DNA from: Octopus vulgaris
Taxonomy: Eukaryota
Direction: 5' to 3'
DNA: 64,000 bases
Assembly: GCA_951406725.2 (NCBI GenBank)
Contig: OX597827.1
Location: 36,456,001-36,520,000, forward strand
Position numbers and translations under genes: made by a program. This document shows, piece after piece, positions 40,180-53,747 of the stretch (its first letter is position 1; each line of letters starts with the position of its first letter). Below the pieces are notes generated by a model that ran no database searches, had not been told where the DNA came from, and worked only from the letters and a program-made list of their open reading frames with translations.

Positions 40180-40378
40180 TCTGTGTTTGTCCCCCTAGCA
40201 TCGCTTGACAACCGATGCTGGTGTGTTTACGTCACTTAGCGGTTCGGCAAAAAAGAGACCGATAGAATAAGTACTGGGCTTACAAAGAATAAGTCCCGGG
40301 GTCGAGTTGCTCGATTAAAGGCGGTGCTCCAGCATGGCCGCAGTCAAATGACTGAAACAAGTAAAAGAGAAAAAGAGA
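40180..40378 (+). mobile_element. SINE 3' body
   Basis: Matches 18770-18975 (catcgcttgacaacc...gaaacaagtaaaaga). Confidence 0.8.
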
Positions 40379-40379
40379 T

Positions 40380-40650
40380 ATATCACCGTGATCACCGTGA
40401 TCACCGTGACCGACCAGGCTATAAGATGTCGATACACATCGTTGGTCACAATGCACTTCGCATTGTTTTAGCCTTCAAATGCCGCCACCCCACCGGCTAA
40501 GCAAGCAGGCCAACAGAAGAAATAGTGAGAGAAATTTGTGGCTAAAGAGTACAGCAGGGATCGCCACCACCGCCATCGTGGAGCTTTAGGTGTTTTCGCT
40601 CAATAAACACTCACAACGCCCGGTCTGGGAATCGAAACTGCGATCCTACA
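40380..40650 (-). mobile_element. SINE, sibling of 36001-36292
   Basis: Reverse-complement similarity including the gtgatcac tail. Confidence 0.8.
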
Positions 40651-40933
40651 CGCATGTATGTATGTGAGTGTATGTATATATATATATAATATATTTATAT
40701 AAGATGCATACCCATATACTCATATATATACGCGCCACATTTGCTGGTGGATTTCTCTTAGACATATCCCCACCATCGCAGTCCGGCAGAGGTGTATCCA
40801 GGAGTCATGAACGTGATGCAGCTCGACCCCCTTAGACTGTAAGGAATAAGGGGCCGAAACCTTTGCATGACGTGGGGTGGGCGTTCTTTGTAAACATTCT
40901 GGTGTTCATCTCTCCTGACATTTACACACACAT

Positions 40934-41039
<106 letters not shown>

Positions 41040-41837
41040 GCACACACACATGTACAAGTGCCTATACGCATATTGTGTACGTACTTCCTGTAATTTTGTG
41101 TATAAATTTTGCTTGATAGAATCTGAATCAATTGGCATCTCCGAACATTCTTCTATCTCCATCTACCATCTCACCTCTTTTTCTTTCATTTTGGCTCTCC
41201 CCCTCCCATCCCCGTCCTTCCTCACTCTTTCCCTCTGTCTCCCTTCCTCTCCATCGCTCTCTCCTCTCTATCTCCTTCTCTCCCGTTCTCATTCTCTCCC
41301 TCTCACCCCTTCTCTGCGTGTGTGTACACACACACACACACACACACGCGCACACATACACACATATATATACATAGACATGACTTATTTCCTCCTTCAT
41401 AGTTTCCCCTATGTCCGATCAATCTGTCTATTTATCTATCTATCTATCTCTCTGTGTGTCTGTCTGACTTTCTCTTTCTCCAAAATATCCACTTTTATCA
41501 AAAATAACGGCGTTAATCTACTATTTGTCTAAACGGATGGAATCGAGAAAGTACTCAGTAAGATCGTAAAGCTGTTATACATTTATATAAACGACAGCGG
41601 TGGCGGTATTGATGGTGGTGGAGTCGTTAAACTAAAACATCTTAAATGTATAGCCATTCATGTTTATTTAACAGACCACTATCAGATATTTTAATCGCTC
41701 ATCCTAGTCGATCTCTCAAACCCATTACTTTAGTTAACCATCAGAAATACACCCTCCATACACCACTTGCTCTAATTCTTTCTCGTCTTGTGTCATTGAC
41801 ATCAGCCGATCAGCTCTTGGACTAAGGGACGCTTAGT

Positions 41838-41966
<129 letters not shown>

Positions 41967-41992
41967 GCACATACACACATACATACACATCT

Positions 41993-42205
41993 TCTATCCG
42001 CTCAGTCGAAGTCGACTCTCGGTAACTCGATGGATCAGTGTCCTCCAGTCAGTTCTATCCTGGGTCGCTTCTTTCAGATTGGCTATGTCAATTCCGGTAT
42101 CACTCTTGATGGTGTCAAGCTAGCGGGTTCTTGGTCGGCCTCTTCCTCTCTTGCCACTGACCATTCCGGGTATGATGTCCTTCTCCAGGGATTTTCTCCG
42201 CATAA
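41993..42205 (-). mobile_element. RTE-BovB-like LINE 3' end
   Basis: GKRGRGRPRTR*LDTIK..QDRTDWRTLIHRVTESRLRL. Confidence 0.8.
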
Positions 42206-42246
42206 TACAGATTTTCTCCGCATACACATACAGACACACAAATACA

Positions 42247-42660
42247 TATTTCTTTACTACCCACAAGGGGCTAAACACAGAGAGAACAAACAAGGACAGA
42301 CAAAGGGATTAAGTCGATTATATCGACACCAGTGCGTAACTGGTACTTAATTTATCGACCCCGAAAGGATGAAAGGCAAAGTCGACTTCGGCGGAATTTG
42401 AACTCAGAACGTAGCGGCAGACGAAATTCCTATTTCTTTACTACCCACAAGGGGCTAAACACAGAGAGGACAAACAAGGACAGACAAAGGGATCAAGTCG
42501 ATTATATCGACCCCAGTGCGTAACTGGCACTTAATTTATCGAACCCGAAAGGATGAAAGGCGAAGTTGACTTCGGCAGAATTTGAACTCAGAACGTAGCG
42601 GCAGACGAAGTACCGATAAGCATTTCGCCCGGCGTGCTAACGTTTCTGCCAGCTCGCCGC
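42247..42660 (-). mobile_element. SINE with tandem duplication of its 3' ~185 bp
   Basis: Reverse complement of the 54427-54655 family. Block 42247-42427 is repeated at 42431-42610. Confidence 0.88.
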
Positions 42661-42739
42661 AAATACACACACAAACATAGCCATGCGGATTCACGCATAT
42701 AAGCGTGTGTGTGTGTGTATCTCTCTATCTATCTATCTC

Positions 42740-42808
<69 letters not shown>

Positions 42809-43429
42809 TGATAGATAGACATATGCACATACATTCGTACAAACACACATACATCCATATATGCATACACATTATCACATTTTAATGACAGTTTTAATTG
42901 TCTCTGTACTATGATTCTAACGTCAATCCACGAAAATATTCCATGTGAAAAGTTACGTAATATTTACAGTTTAAAACAAGAGAGGCACTTTGTCAGACTT
43001 GCATTATTTGTTCGCTATAATTTTTTGCATCTGCCAAGCGTTATATTTGACTTATATGGGGAGAAAGCAAGAAGTATAAATAAAGATAAAAATAAAAATT
43101 AAAATATAATTGGGACATGTCGAACAGCCCATATATATAATGTTAAAACCAAAAGAGGCAAAAAAAAATGGCGAGAAAATAAAGGAAGAGAAAAAGAAGA
43201 CGAAGACGAAAAAGAAGAAAGAGTAGAAGAAAGAAGAGGGAGGAGTGGGAGAAGGAGAGGAGAAGACGAAAAAGAAGAAGGTGGAGGAGGCGGCGAAGAA
43301 GAAAAGTAATATATAATGGGTGAGGTGGAATAATAACATTCAAACTCACAAATGGTAGTGGTTAAATGAGTATAGAAATATTGGTGTAGAGCTATGATGA
43401 TGATGATGATGATAATGATGATGACGATG

Positions 43430-43473
<44 letters not shown>

Positions 43474-43486
43474 TATTATTATTATT

Positions 43487-44715
43487 TTCAGTAGTTTTAT
43501 TTTTATAGCGTGCTTTCACTTCACTACCGAGCGCAGCTCTGTGTGCCTTAGGTATGTGCTGTGATTTGTTGTGATGCTCTGATGGTTATTGTATGGAAGG
43601 TGTTCTGTGTAGGATGTGTGCAGTGCCTAGTAGTGCAATTTTCTGTATGCTATATGTGTTTGTAAGTCCTGGTATTTTTGTTATGTATTTGTCTGAATAT
43701 ATTTTTATCATGCCTAATGATCGGAATTGTTTCTGTTTTTAGATTCCACATTCTGGTTACCTCTATTTCCAGGTCTTTGTATTTTGAAAGTTTCTCCATT
43801 TCATTTAGAGACACTTTGTCATCTGCCGGTATTGATACATCAATTAGAAAGCATTTTTTTTCTTCATGATCTCTGACAACTATATCTGGTCTGTTGGCCT
43901 TAATTTCTCTATCTGTGTGTATCGGCATATCCCAGAGTATGGTTGCTTTCTCGTTTTCTGTGACCTTTTCTGGTGTGTGCCACATTATTCCACAATGTTG
44001 GCATAGCTTCCAGTGTATGTAGGTTCCAACTCTGTCATGTCTGTGAATATATTCCTTCTTAGCCAGGACTGGGCAGCCAGAGATAATATGATTTATTGTT
44101 TCTTGTCCATCTCCACATATTCTGCAGTTACTTGTTATATTTCTTTTCATTACATGTTTTTGGTAATTTCTGGTGGGGAGGCTTTGGTCTTGTGCTGCAA
44201 TTAAAAATCCCTCTGTCTCTGCTTTGAGTCCTGAGCTTCTCAACCATTGCTGGGATGTTTCTTTGTCTATTTCTTTTGCGTTTAGTTTAGTCCAGTATTT
44301 ACCATGAAGGGGCTTTTCTTGCCATCGTTTTATCATGGTTCGTTGCTGTTCTATTTTTAGTTTGGATTTCATTTGTTTTATAGCTTTTGTTGTTTCTTTT
44401 CTTCTTCTTCTTCTTCTTCTTCTTCTTCTTCTTCTTCTTCTTCTTCTTCTTCTTCTTCTTCTTCTTCTTCTTCATATTTATTAGGTGGTATGATTTTTTG
44501 TTTGTATTTGTCAGCTTCCTGAAATACTGAGAACAGTTTTTTGTTTTGCTCGTGTTTTGCCGCTATTTGTATCAGTTTTCCTTCCTTCTGAAGTAGATAT
44601 TTTTGCAGTCCTATGGTGGTTATTTTAAAGTAGTTTTCCAGCTGTATAAGGCCTCTACCACCTTCTATACGTTGTATATATAGTCTTTCTATGTCAGATT
44701 TTGGGTGATGCATCC

Positions 44716-44716
<1 letters not shown>
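43487..44716 (-). mobile_element. R4/Dong-like LINE, 5'-truncated, in Hhex intron 2
   Basis: Near-identical to the 15617-16825 part of the larger copy. (TAA)n at both flanks. Confidence 0.95.
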
Positions 44717-44784
<68 letters not shown>

Positions 44785-44799
44785 GTTCTATTGGAAGCA

Positions 44800-44996
44800 A
44801 AAGGCTCAAATTTTGGGGGAAGGGATTAAGTCAATTACATCGACACCAGTGCGTAGCTGGCACTTATTTAATCGACCCCGAAAGGATGAAAGGCAAAGTC
44901 GACCTCAGCAGAATTTGAACACAGAACGTAGCGACAGTCGAAATACCGCTGAGCATTTCGTCCAGCGTGCTAGCGATTCTGCCAGCTCACCGCCTT
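44800..44996 (-). mobile_element. SINE (ggcggcgagctggcagaa family)
   Basis: Reverse complement of the 54427 family. Confidence 0.85.
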
Positions 44997-45002
44997 AATA
45001 TA

Positions 45003-45034
<32 letters not shown>

Positions 45035-45070
45035 AGTAATAATAATGATGATAATAATAATAATAATAGA

Positions 45071-45753
45071 GGGGTTAAAAATTTTCGGTATGCAAATTAA
45101 GGATTCCTTCATAGAATAAATTCTGCATTTGTTGAGTATTTAAACAGTTTATAAAGTGGGTTAAAAATTTTCGGTATGCAAATTAAGGACTCCTTCATAG
45201 AATAACTGCTGCATTTGTTGAGTATTTAAACCGTTTATAAAGTGTTAAACATTTTCGGTATGTAAATTAGGGAATCCTTCATCGAATAACTGCTGCATTT
45301 GTTGAGTATTTAAACAGTTTATAGAGGTGTTAAAAATTTTCGGTATGCAAATTAGGGACTCCTTCATAGAATAACTTCTGCATTTGTTGAGTATTCAAAC
45401 AGTTTATAGAGGTGTTAAAAATTTTCGGTATGCAAATTAGGGATTCCTTCATAGAATAACTGCTGCATTTGTTGAGTATATATACAGTTTATAGAGTGTT
45501 AAAAATTTTCGGTATACAAATTAGGGACTCCTTCATAGAATAACTGCTGTATTTGTTGAGTATATATAGAGTTTATAGAGGTGTTAAAAATTTTCGGTGT
45601 GCAAATTAGGGACTCCTTCATAGAATAACTTCTGCATTTGTTGAGTATTTAAACAGTTTATAGAGTGTTAAACATTTTCAGTATGCATATTAGGGACTCC
45701 TGCATAGAATAACTGCTGCATTTGTTGAGTATATATACAGTTTATAGAGTGTT
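45071..45753. repeat. Tandem minisatellite, ~85-bp unit, about 8 copies
   Basis: Unit gtgttaaaaattttcggtatgcaaattagggactccttcatagaataactgctgcatttgttgagtatttaaacagtttataga. Confidence 0.95.
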
Positions 45754-45799
45754 ATTCTGCCATCTTCCTAATTAGAAAAGCATACTCGGAGCAGATCCA

Positions 45800-46510
45800 T
45801 TCTGTCTCACCAGTCTTGCCACTTTTTCCACCTTTTGATAAACACACTAGAACGAAACAACTCTCTGTCTACCATGATGTTGTAGCCAAGACACTGTTTA
45901 GTACGATCCGTTGGAAGAATAACTTTGAAATCAAGGAAATAAGAACTCACAGTTTGGTAGAAGCTATAGCCATTCATAATAAGTACTGGTGGAATGACCC
46001 TGTGAAAACCTCAGTAAAATGTAATCATAACAGACCTGACATAATGATTTGGGATTGAGAAGAGAAACTGTGTACAGTAGTGGAAATTAGCTGCCCAGCA
46101 GATATTAGCATAGAGCTCAAGATTATCGAAAATGAAAATACGCTGAACTACAGAAATCTACAGTTATTCTACCCAGATTACAAGTTCAGGTTTATACCTG
46201 TAATTATTGGGGGCGCTGCAATATGTACCTAAGTACCAATCTTGAGAAATTAAGCTTCTCAAAGCCCTAACTGGCACTGTAAAATTATGTAAAACTTTCC
46301 AGAGGTTTATTATTTAAGTATATATGCGCATGTCTAGACATGCATAAAAATATATACATAAATCAAAACATACAAAGCTGCACATGCACTGGATACTGCA
46401 CATATACACACATACATGCAAAAATACCCTATTGATGTTGTTGAAATTTCAATGAAGAGACCTTGGATCAAGGTTAGAAACCAACTCTTTCTCTATTAGC
46501 AAGAAATCAT
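45800..46510 (+). mobile_element. RLE-type LINE 3' fragment (R4/NeSL-like, third family)
   Basis: HDVVAK..YWWNDPVKTSVKCNHNRPDIMIWD..VVEISCP. Confidence 0.75.
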
Positions 46511-46589
46511 ACGTACTCGAAAGAAATAATAAGCCTCTTTTTTATATTCACATGCACACATACGCACACGCTCACACACATACACGCAT

Positions 46590-46745
46590 ACGACGTGCTT
46601 CTTTCAGTTTTCTTTCTATCAAATCCATTCGCAAGGCTTTGTTCGGCCGGGGTCAATTGTAGAAGACATTTGCCCAAGATGCTACGCAGTGGGACTGAAG
46701 CCAGAACCATATGGTTGGGAGGCAAATTTCTTAGCACACAGCTTG
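46590..46745 (-). mobile_element. SINE head (18538 family)
   Basis: Reverse complement of gctgtg.taagaa..ttgc.tcccaaccatatgg. Confidence 0.7.
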
Positions 46746-47113
46746 ACTTACACTATATGTTTGTATGTGTGTCTGGTGTGTGTGTATGTGTGTATATGTG
46801 CCTGTATGTATATGTTACACACACATGCACATACATGCACACACGCATACACACATAGACATACACACACATATACGTGCATAAATATTTTCGTCTGCTT
46901 GTTCGTAAGAATAAGGCTCTCACATATAAAATAAAGTGCTCAATATTTCAAGATGTAGAGTGTATTTTACTGTTTTGATCTTTATGATCATGTTCACAGC
47001 TAATAACTATATTCACTTCTGAATATCATTAATGATAGAAACATAATTAATTATGTTTACCACTGACTAATTAAATATATTTAAGACAGTTGGTGTCTTT
47101 TAGACACCCTCAT

Positions 47114-47212
<99 letters not shown>

Positions 47213-47399
47213 AACACGCACACACATGCACACACAGCAAAAGCAGACATACAGATGACACATAAGTGGATCGTGATGAACAGCCATTAATGCACACCTT
47301 TGACAAATATTTATTTGAATTGTATACCCTACACACACACACACGCGCGCGCGCACACACACACACGCGCGCACACACACACACCTACGCGCGCGCGCA

Positions 47400-47884
47400 T
47401 CTATATATATAAAGTTGTAGCCTCTGTCTGTTTCTTATCGAACTCTTCCTTGGGTTTTGGAGTAGACCCCCATAACTATATACATTCTGAAACTACATTA
47501 ACGAGGGTACTTGGATAAGTATATTTCATTTTGGTGAAAGGGGTCTCCGGGGGGCTCAAACCTCCCCCATTGAAATATGTTTCCCATTGTTTTAAATGAA
47601 ATTTAAACCATATGGAAATAAACAGAAATGATGCCTGAATGGGCTGAAGTTATAAATAGAGATGTTCTTCTGTTGAAACAAGGTGGATTGAGAATTTCAT
47701 AGTTACATCGATCGTATGACCCTTTGATGTATCCATTGTTTATTCCATATGGAACAGATGGCTACCACATATATTTTCAAGGGAGAAATGACCACCAAGG
47801 AACAGTGAAATATCACGATTGGAGGATTTCACGACTCACCAATTATACTATTTAATCCCGAGCAACGCCGGGTATGCCTGCTTA
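47400..47884 (+). mobile_element. Internally deleted Helitron retaining a RepHel fragment
   Basis: A|TCtatatatataaag 5' end. LHRSYDPLMYPLFIPYGTDGYH is a conserved Helitron Rep-region motif. The 3' hairpin cccgagcaacgccggg is shared with 4631-5027; the terminal CTAG is degraded. Confidence 0.8.
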
Positions 47885-48039
47885 TATATATATATATATC
47901 TATATATAAATATATATATATAAATATCTATATATATAATATATATATATATATTTATATATATAGATCGTTATATATATATATATATAGATCGTTAGGC
48001 ACTACACACATTTTTTCTCTCCTTGTTTTTTCTGTGTCC

Positions 48040-48075
48040 CTTTCTGTAGAAGAACGTAGGCTCGAAACGTAAAAG
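48040..48075 (+). ncRNA. Minimal hammerhead-like motif (CUGUAGA core), copy 1
   Basis: cttt-CTGTAGA-a-gaacgtaggctc-GAAA-CG-TA-aaag. Confidence 0.45.
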
Positions 48076-48162
48076 ACTTTTTCTATTCCTGAGCGTTATA
48101 CTAATACATCTGTTTATTTTGTACACCACCTGTCTTCGTCTTTTGCTTTTTTCGTGAACTTT

Positions 48163-48279
<117 letters not shown>

Positions 48280-48339
48280 GGTAATGCTATACCACTTCAT
48301 AATAATCCTTATTATTATTATTGTTGATAAATATAACAT

Positions 48340-49150
48340 ATGCTTTTATGTGCTACTATTAGTTTCATGTTCTAAGACAATATTTTTTAACACGTCCGGT
48401 GTACTAATACAATCTTTAGGCACGGCTCACATGGCATAACAAACTAAAAAAAAATATATTTTCCTCAAAATCATAGATATCAGAATTTTTAACAAACAAT
48501 ATCCGTTTGGCTTATTCTAATAGTAGAAACATAGCATAAATACTAGAAGCTCATAACGAAAGAATAATATCGAAATTTCATAAAAGCTATTCTAGTTAGA
48601 GTGGGAAATATAAATATTCAGAATAATAATGTCAAGCGCTAAGACGGAAGGGGAATAACCTTGTTTAATCTAATTAATAACGTAGAATCAAATAAAAATT
48701 CCGCTAGAAATGGAACAAATATGACGTTATGTGAAAGAGTAAATAGGAATAAAGAACTTAGTAAAAACGAATTTGGTTTTACCACGACGGATCAAATTAA
48801 TACGAAATCTGAGAGAATATAAAAAAATTATCTGTGCAATTGTTCTAAACAGGACCCCCTGTTCTCTTAATAATAAATTTAAAACTAAAAATGTAATATA
48901 TAGATGTAAAGTCACATCTGAGGGAAATGAATATAGTTTTACATCGGTGCGACTGCACCAATTTTCGAAGGAAGATTGGCTAATCACTTAAATTCATTTA
49001 GAGATAAAAATAAAAAATAAAAATTCCAAACAAGTTCAAGTAGGTTAATCTTGTCTATTAAAGACAGAAATAAAAACTATACTATCAACTGGAAATCAAT
49101 TAGTATTGCAAAACCTTACAGATGAGGAACTAATAAATGTAACTTATGTA
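48340..49150 (+). mobile_element. Penelope-like element remnant (linker plus GIY-YIG)
   Basis: NNIRLAYSNSRNIA*ILEAHN, PCSLNNKFKTKNVIYRCKVT, WKSISIAKPY..NKCNLC. Confidence 0.8.
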
Positions 49151-49782
49151 TTAAGAAGTTTGTATTTGGTACACAAACACTTCTTTTGGGATACTGACAG
49201 GCTGTGGAAACACTGACTGACATGATAATCATAGGTAGGTGCCAGAAGGCAGTAATACTGGCACACAGAAGCATTGCTGAAGAATTGTAATGCATTCTTT
49301 TTGATATAAGAACGGAAGCACAAGTCTCTTGGTGTATTTCTCAATGACGGTATGATGCCTTCTTACTGTCTCTTGGTCATACATTTGAAAGGGAAAAGGC
49401 TGTAGCCGAACGAACTGAATGTTTCTGTATGATTGATGCTTTATCATATGGACTACAGTAAAATGAAAGAGGTGAATAACGTAGGAGAAAGGAAAGAAGT
49501 TGAAGGGGAGAAGGGGAACTTCAGGGAGAGGATACATAAAAAGAAAAAGAAGATTGACGGTAGGATGAAAGGAAAAGGAAGTTAAAGATGAAGAAGAACA
49601 TGAAGAATGGAATGAAGAATGGGAAAGAGGTAGTAGGAATGAAGAAGGAAAGAGAAGAGAAATATGAAGATAAAGAAGAGAAAGAAGAAGGATAAGAAGG
49701 ACGAAGGCAAAGGAAAGGAGAGGAATAAGAGGAAATAATGTCTGCAAGCAGAAAGAGAATGAATAATAAAGCAAGCACGAAC

Positions 49783-49970
49783 CTGTCTCTCAGTAAGCTG
49801 GAGTAATTTAGCCAGACGTTTCCTTTCGGGAGGAGAAAGATATTTCTGAGTTTCGAACTTCTTTTCTAGTTCAATGGTTTGGTCATTCGAAAACCTCACC
49901 TGTCCACCTTTCCGTTTATGAAGCGGCCTCTGCATGAAATGGTTCCAGAGTAGGGGTGCTTTTGATGCGA
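49783..49970 (-). CDS. HHEX: Hhex homeobox gene, internal coding exon (equivalent to human exon 2)
   Basis: Encodes [62 protein letters not shown], nearly identical to vertebrate HHEX. Acceptor ttctttgcgttctag (phase 1), donor CAG|gttcgt (phase 0). 188 bp. Confidence 0.97.
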
Positions 49971-50285
49971 CTAGAACGCAAAGAAACAATATATATATAT
50001 ATATGATTTTACAATAACAGACATTCACAGCCCCTCAAATCACACACAGCTGTCTTAAAAAGAGAACAATTTGCTACTATAGACTTAGATAAACAAAAGA
50101 AGAAAAAGGAAGATTACAGCTGAGACGTCTTTGATCATAGATCTACTTGATCGTTCTGACATGGCACTAAACAAGTACTGGCTTATATTTCATTCAAAAC
50201 GACTAATTTTATTCAAAAGGATCACATAAAAAAATTCCGTGATGCGACCATTGATAAATTTATGTACATAAACAGATCTACAAAT

Positions 50286-51285
50286 TTGGTTGGCAACTAA
50301 GTTCCTGCCGTTTTTTTAAATTAAAAATTTTTAAAAGGTTTAATAAAACAAAAATAACAACTAATTAATCAATAATGTATTCACCCTTGTTTACAACTTC
50401 TTCCCAACGTTCAACATGATTTTCAATACCTCATTGGTAGAAATTACCCGATTTCTACTCACAAAAGCGATCCAACCCAGATCTCAATTCTACATCAGTA
50501 TTGAACGAAACTCCGCACATAGCATTTGAAAGAGATCGAAATAGGTGGAAATCCTTTGGTGCCAAACCGGGAGAGTACGGCGGGTGTGGCAGCACTTTCC
50601 GGCCATGCGTCTGAATGGCTTCCTTGGTCATATTGGCAAACGAACTCCATGCTGCCGATTAGGTCTTTTCTCTTGAATACCCGTGTTGAGTCAAAAATCG
50701 TTGCTTGTGTCCATGAGTTGAGCGGTAATGAGCAAGCAAACCAGCGGAGATTGTAGCTCGCTGATTTTTGTTGTTGTCACTTAAAGCATGCGGAACCTAT
50801 GCTCCATACTTCTGAACATTTCCCATCGAGTGAAGATGCTTTTGTATAGCAGTGTGGGAGCATTCCATTTTCTCTGCCAGTTCCCTTGTCGTTTGACGAG
50901 AATTTTCGTGCAAAAGTTGGTTTAGTCACTCTTCATGGAACTCAACTGGACGGCCAGAACGAGGTGCGTCTTTGAGGTCAAAATTTCCATTTTTGAACTT
51001 GGCATACCTATCACGAGCGGTTCTTTCAGCTATGGCACCCTTTCCATACATAGCACAAATGCCGCGAGCAGCTTTTGCGGCCTTAGAACCTTGATTAAAA
51101 GCAAAAAGAAGGTGGTGTCGAAATGATCGTTTTTCTTAACTTGACATTCCATTTTAATGATCTGAAAATAAACAAAAATTAACTAGAAAAAAAAAAGATT
51201 CTAAAATGATTCAAAAATAGAATTCTCGAGAAAAATAGATTCCAAAATTTAAAAAAAAACGGCAGGAACTTAGTTGCCAACACAA
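50286..51285 (-). mobile_element. Mariner element with both TIRs, internally deleted (about 1.0 kb)
   Basis: TIRs GTTGGCAACTAAGTTCCTGCCGTTTTT. Translation MECQVKKNDHF..AFNQGSKAAKAARGICAMYG..FDLKDAPRSGRP. About 315 bp upstream of the Hhex exon 2 acceptor. Confidence 0.92.
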
Positions 51286-51868
51286 TGCTTATGATCTTTC
51301 TAAGCACACACACACACACACACATGGTGTTTATAAGCATTATCATAATTTGTATGATTATGACGATACATGCATACACACATACATGCATACTATATGT
51401 ATATGTGTGTGTGTGTATGCATATGTGTGTGTATATATATATGTGTGTATACTGTATACTGTATATATATATATATAAAGTGTATACTGTCGTCTATACA
51501 TATATGTGTAGAGAGTAAACTGTCATCTAAATTACGCAAAACTGAAAATAACGCTTACATCTCATTTTAACATATATACTTATATAAATCCACTCACAAG
51601 GCCTTGGTAGGCCCGAGGCTATAGTAGAAGAGACTTGCCGGGTATAGTGCTAGTGTATAAATAAATTTGATAGTTTAAAGTTTTGAATTAATTATTTAAA
51701 GCATCTTTAGATGCTTTAAATAATTAATTCAAAACTTTAAACTATCAAATATATTTATACATTATAGTTATATTTTTATATCTATCTATTTATATATATT
51801 TTTAATACAATAAGTTCTTTCACACGGGTATATCTTTATGATGAGTTTGGATATTAATTTATTTATAT

Positions 51869-51936
<68 letters not shown>

Positions 51937-51946
51937 ATACTACTAC

Positions 51947-51984
<38 letters not shown>

Positions 51985-52274
51985 TATTATTAAAATATAT
52001 ATATATATATATTTCAATTCTGGATTTGGTTTGCAAGATTCTTTATATGAATTCGTGTGTTGAAGCATATTCTGTTGTGTCTGGGGAGAGTCATTTTCTT
52101 TTTTGCCTTATAATTTAACACACTCACCGGTAAAGTTTCCACTTGTTTCTTATTTTTATTTTACTAACATTTTCGTTGCGAAAATAAAAATAAGAAATTA
52201 GTGGAAATTTTACCGGTGAGTGTGTTACATTATAAGACACAAAAAGAAAATGACTCTCCCCAGATACAACAGTA

Positions 52275-52328
<54 letters not shown>

Positions 52329-52969
52329 TCTGTGTGTGTGTGTATGCATAAGTATTTTTTTTTTATAATGAGCAAGAGAAACAAGATCAACAACAATACG
52401 ACTACTAACATCAAACCCAAGACCACAACAATAGTAACTCCAACAACAATGGCCTTATATTGAATAATTTCAACAACGTAAGGAAATAATACGTTTCGAA
52501 ATATAAGGCATGCAGCTTCAATTTACAATCCCAAGTTTCCTGTTTCAGTATTAATATTTCCTTCCGCTGCAATCACCAGACACGCAGAAGACAAAGAGGA
52601 ACTTACAGAGATATTTTGAAATATTTTCACCAGATTTTGTATACTGGGCGATCGTAGCATTAAAATAGTGGCGTCAGTGGAAATGAGGTGGTTTATGGTC
52701 ATGGTGGTAGTGGTTGTACTGGTATTGTTGGTAGTGGTTGCGGTGATGGTGATTTTGGTTATACTGGTGATGTTGCTGGTGGTAGGATTGTCAAGGGATC
52801 TGAGTCGTAATGGTAGTTTGAAAGAGGCCGTGATTATATTACAAGGGTTCTACACATGCACACACACTCATGCGTACATAGATACGCACACATTCGCATA
52901 TATGTACGCATGCTCACACACACAAACGCACGCACACGCACACACATCTATCTATCCATCTATCTATCC

Positions 52970-53046
<77 letters not shown>

Positions 53047-53377
53047 ACCAATGCATGTTATGTGTGCTACTACTAGTTTCATAAGTTGATATATACTTCA
53101 AACATATTCATCACACACTAGCACTGACCACTTCCCATCCCCACATCCCCACACCTACACACACATACGCACACGTCAAGTTCACCAGCCCTCTTCCACA
53201 TACACATACATACTCTCTTATACACACGCACGATCACCTTCGTTTGGGATCACCACTACTTTATTACCTCCCCTTCTTTCTAGTGCTCCTGTGTGACCCC
53301 TCTGTCCAGCATTTGCCATGATTGATCGCTAGCCACTACACATTCTTTATTTTCTCTCCTTCATTCTTTCTCTATTC

Positions 53378-53413
53378 CTTTCTGTCGAAGATCGTAGGCT
53401 CGAAACGTTAAAG
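53378..53413 (+). ncRNA. Minimal hammerhead-like motif (CUGUCGA core), copy 2
   Basis: cttt-CTGTCGA-a-gatcgtaggctc-GAAA-CG-TT-aaag, in the same repeat family as 47990-48165. Confidence 0.4.
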
Positions 53414-53703
53414 ACTTTTCCACTTCTCGAGCGTTAAACTAATACATCTATCTGCACCACCTGTCTTCGTCTTTTGTTTTTTTGTGAATTCTCCCAATAC
53501 ATACATACATACATACATACATACAGGCGTACACCTAGAAAGGCGTTATTAGTTTCACGCTTGAAAAGAAAAAGGGGAAAGTATGTTTCAGAGATGGATG
53601 TTTCAACGTTTCGGAAATGGAGAACTTTATTAGAAAAAGTAAAAAAGTAAAAAGAGAAGGTTGGTGGGAAGGAGGAAAGAGAGAGAGAGAGAGAGCGAGA
53701 GCG

Positions 53704-53747
<44 letters not shown>

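Noticed and set aside
45071-45753. Regular array as a possible CRISPR
   Set aside because: Whole units repeat with no unique spacers, and the context is eukaryotic.
46450-46492. ATGAAGA-stem-AGAAA hammerhead-like motif at a LINE 3' end
   Set aside because: C3 is missing, there is an extra base before GAAA, and stems I and III are not convincing.
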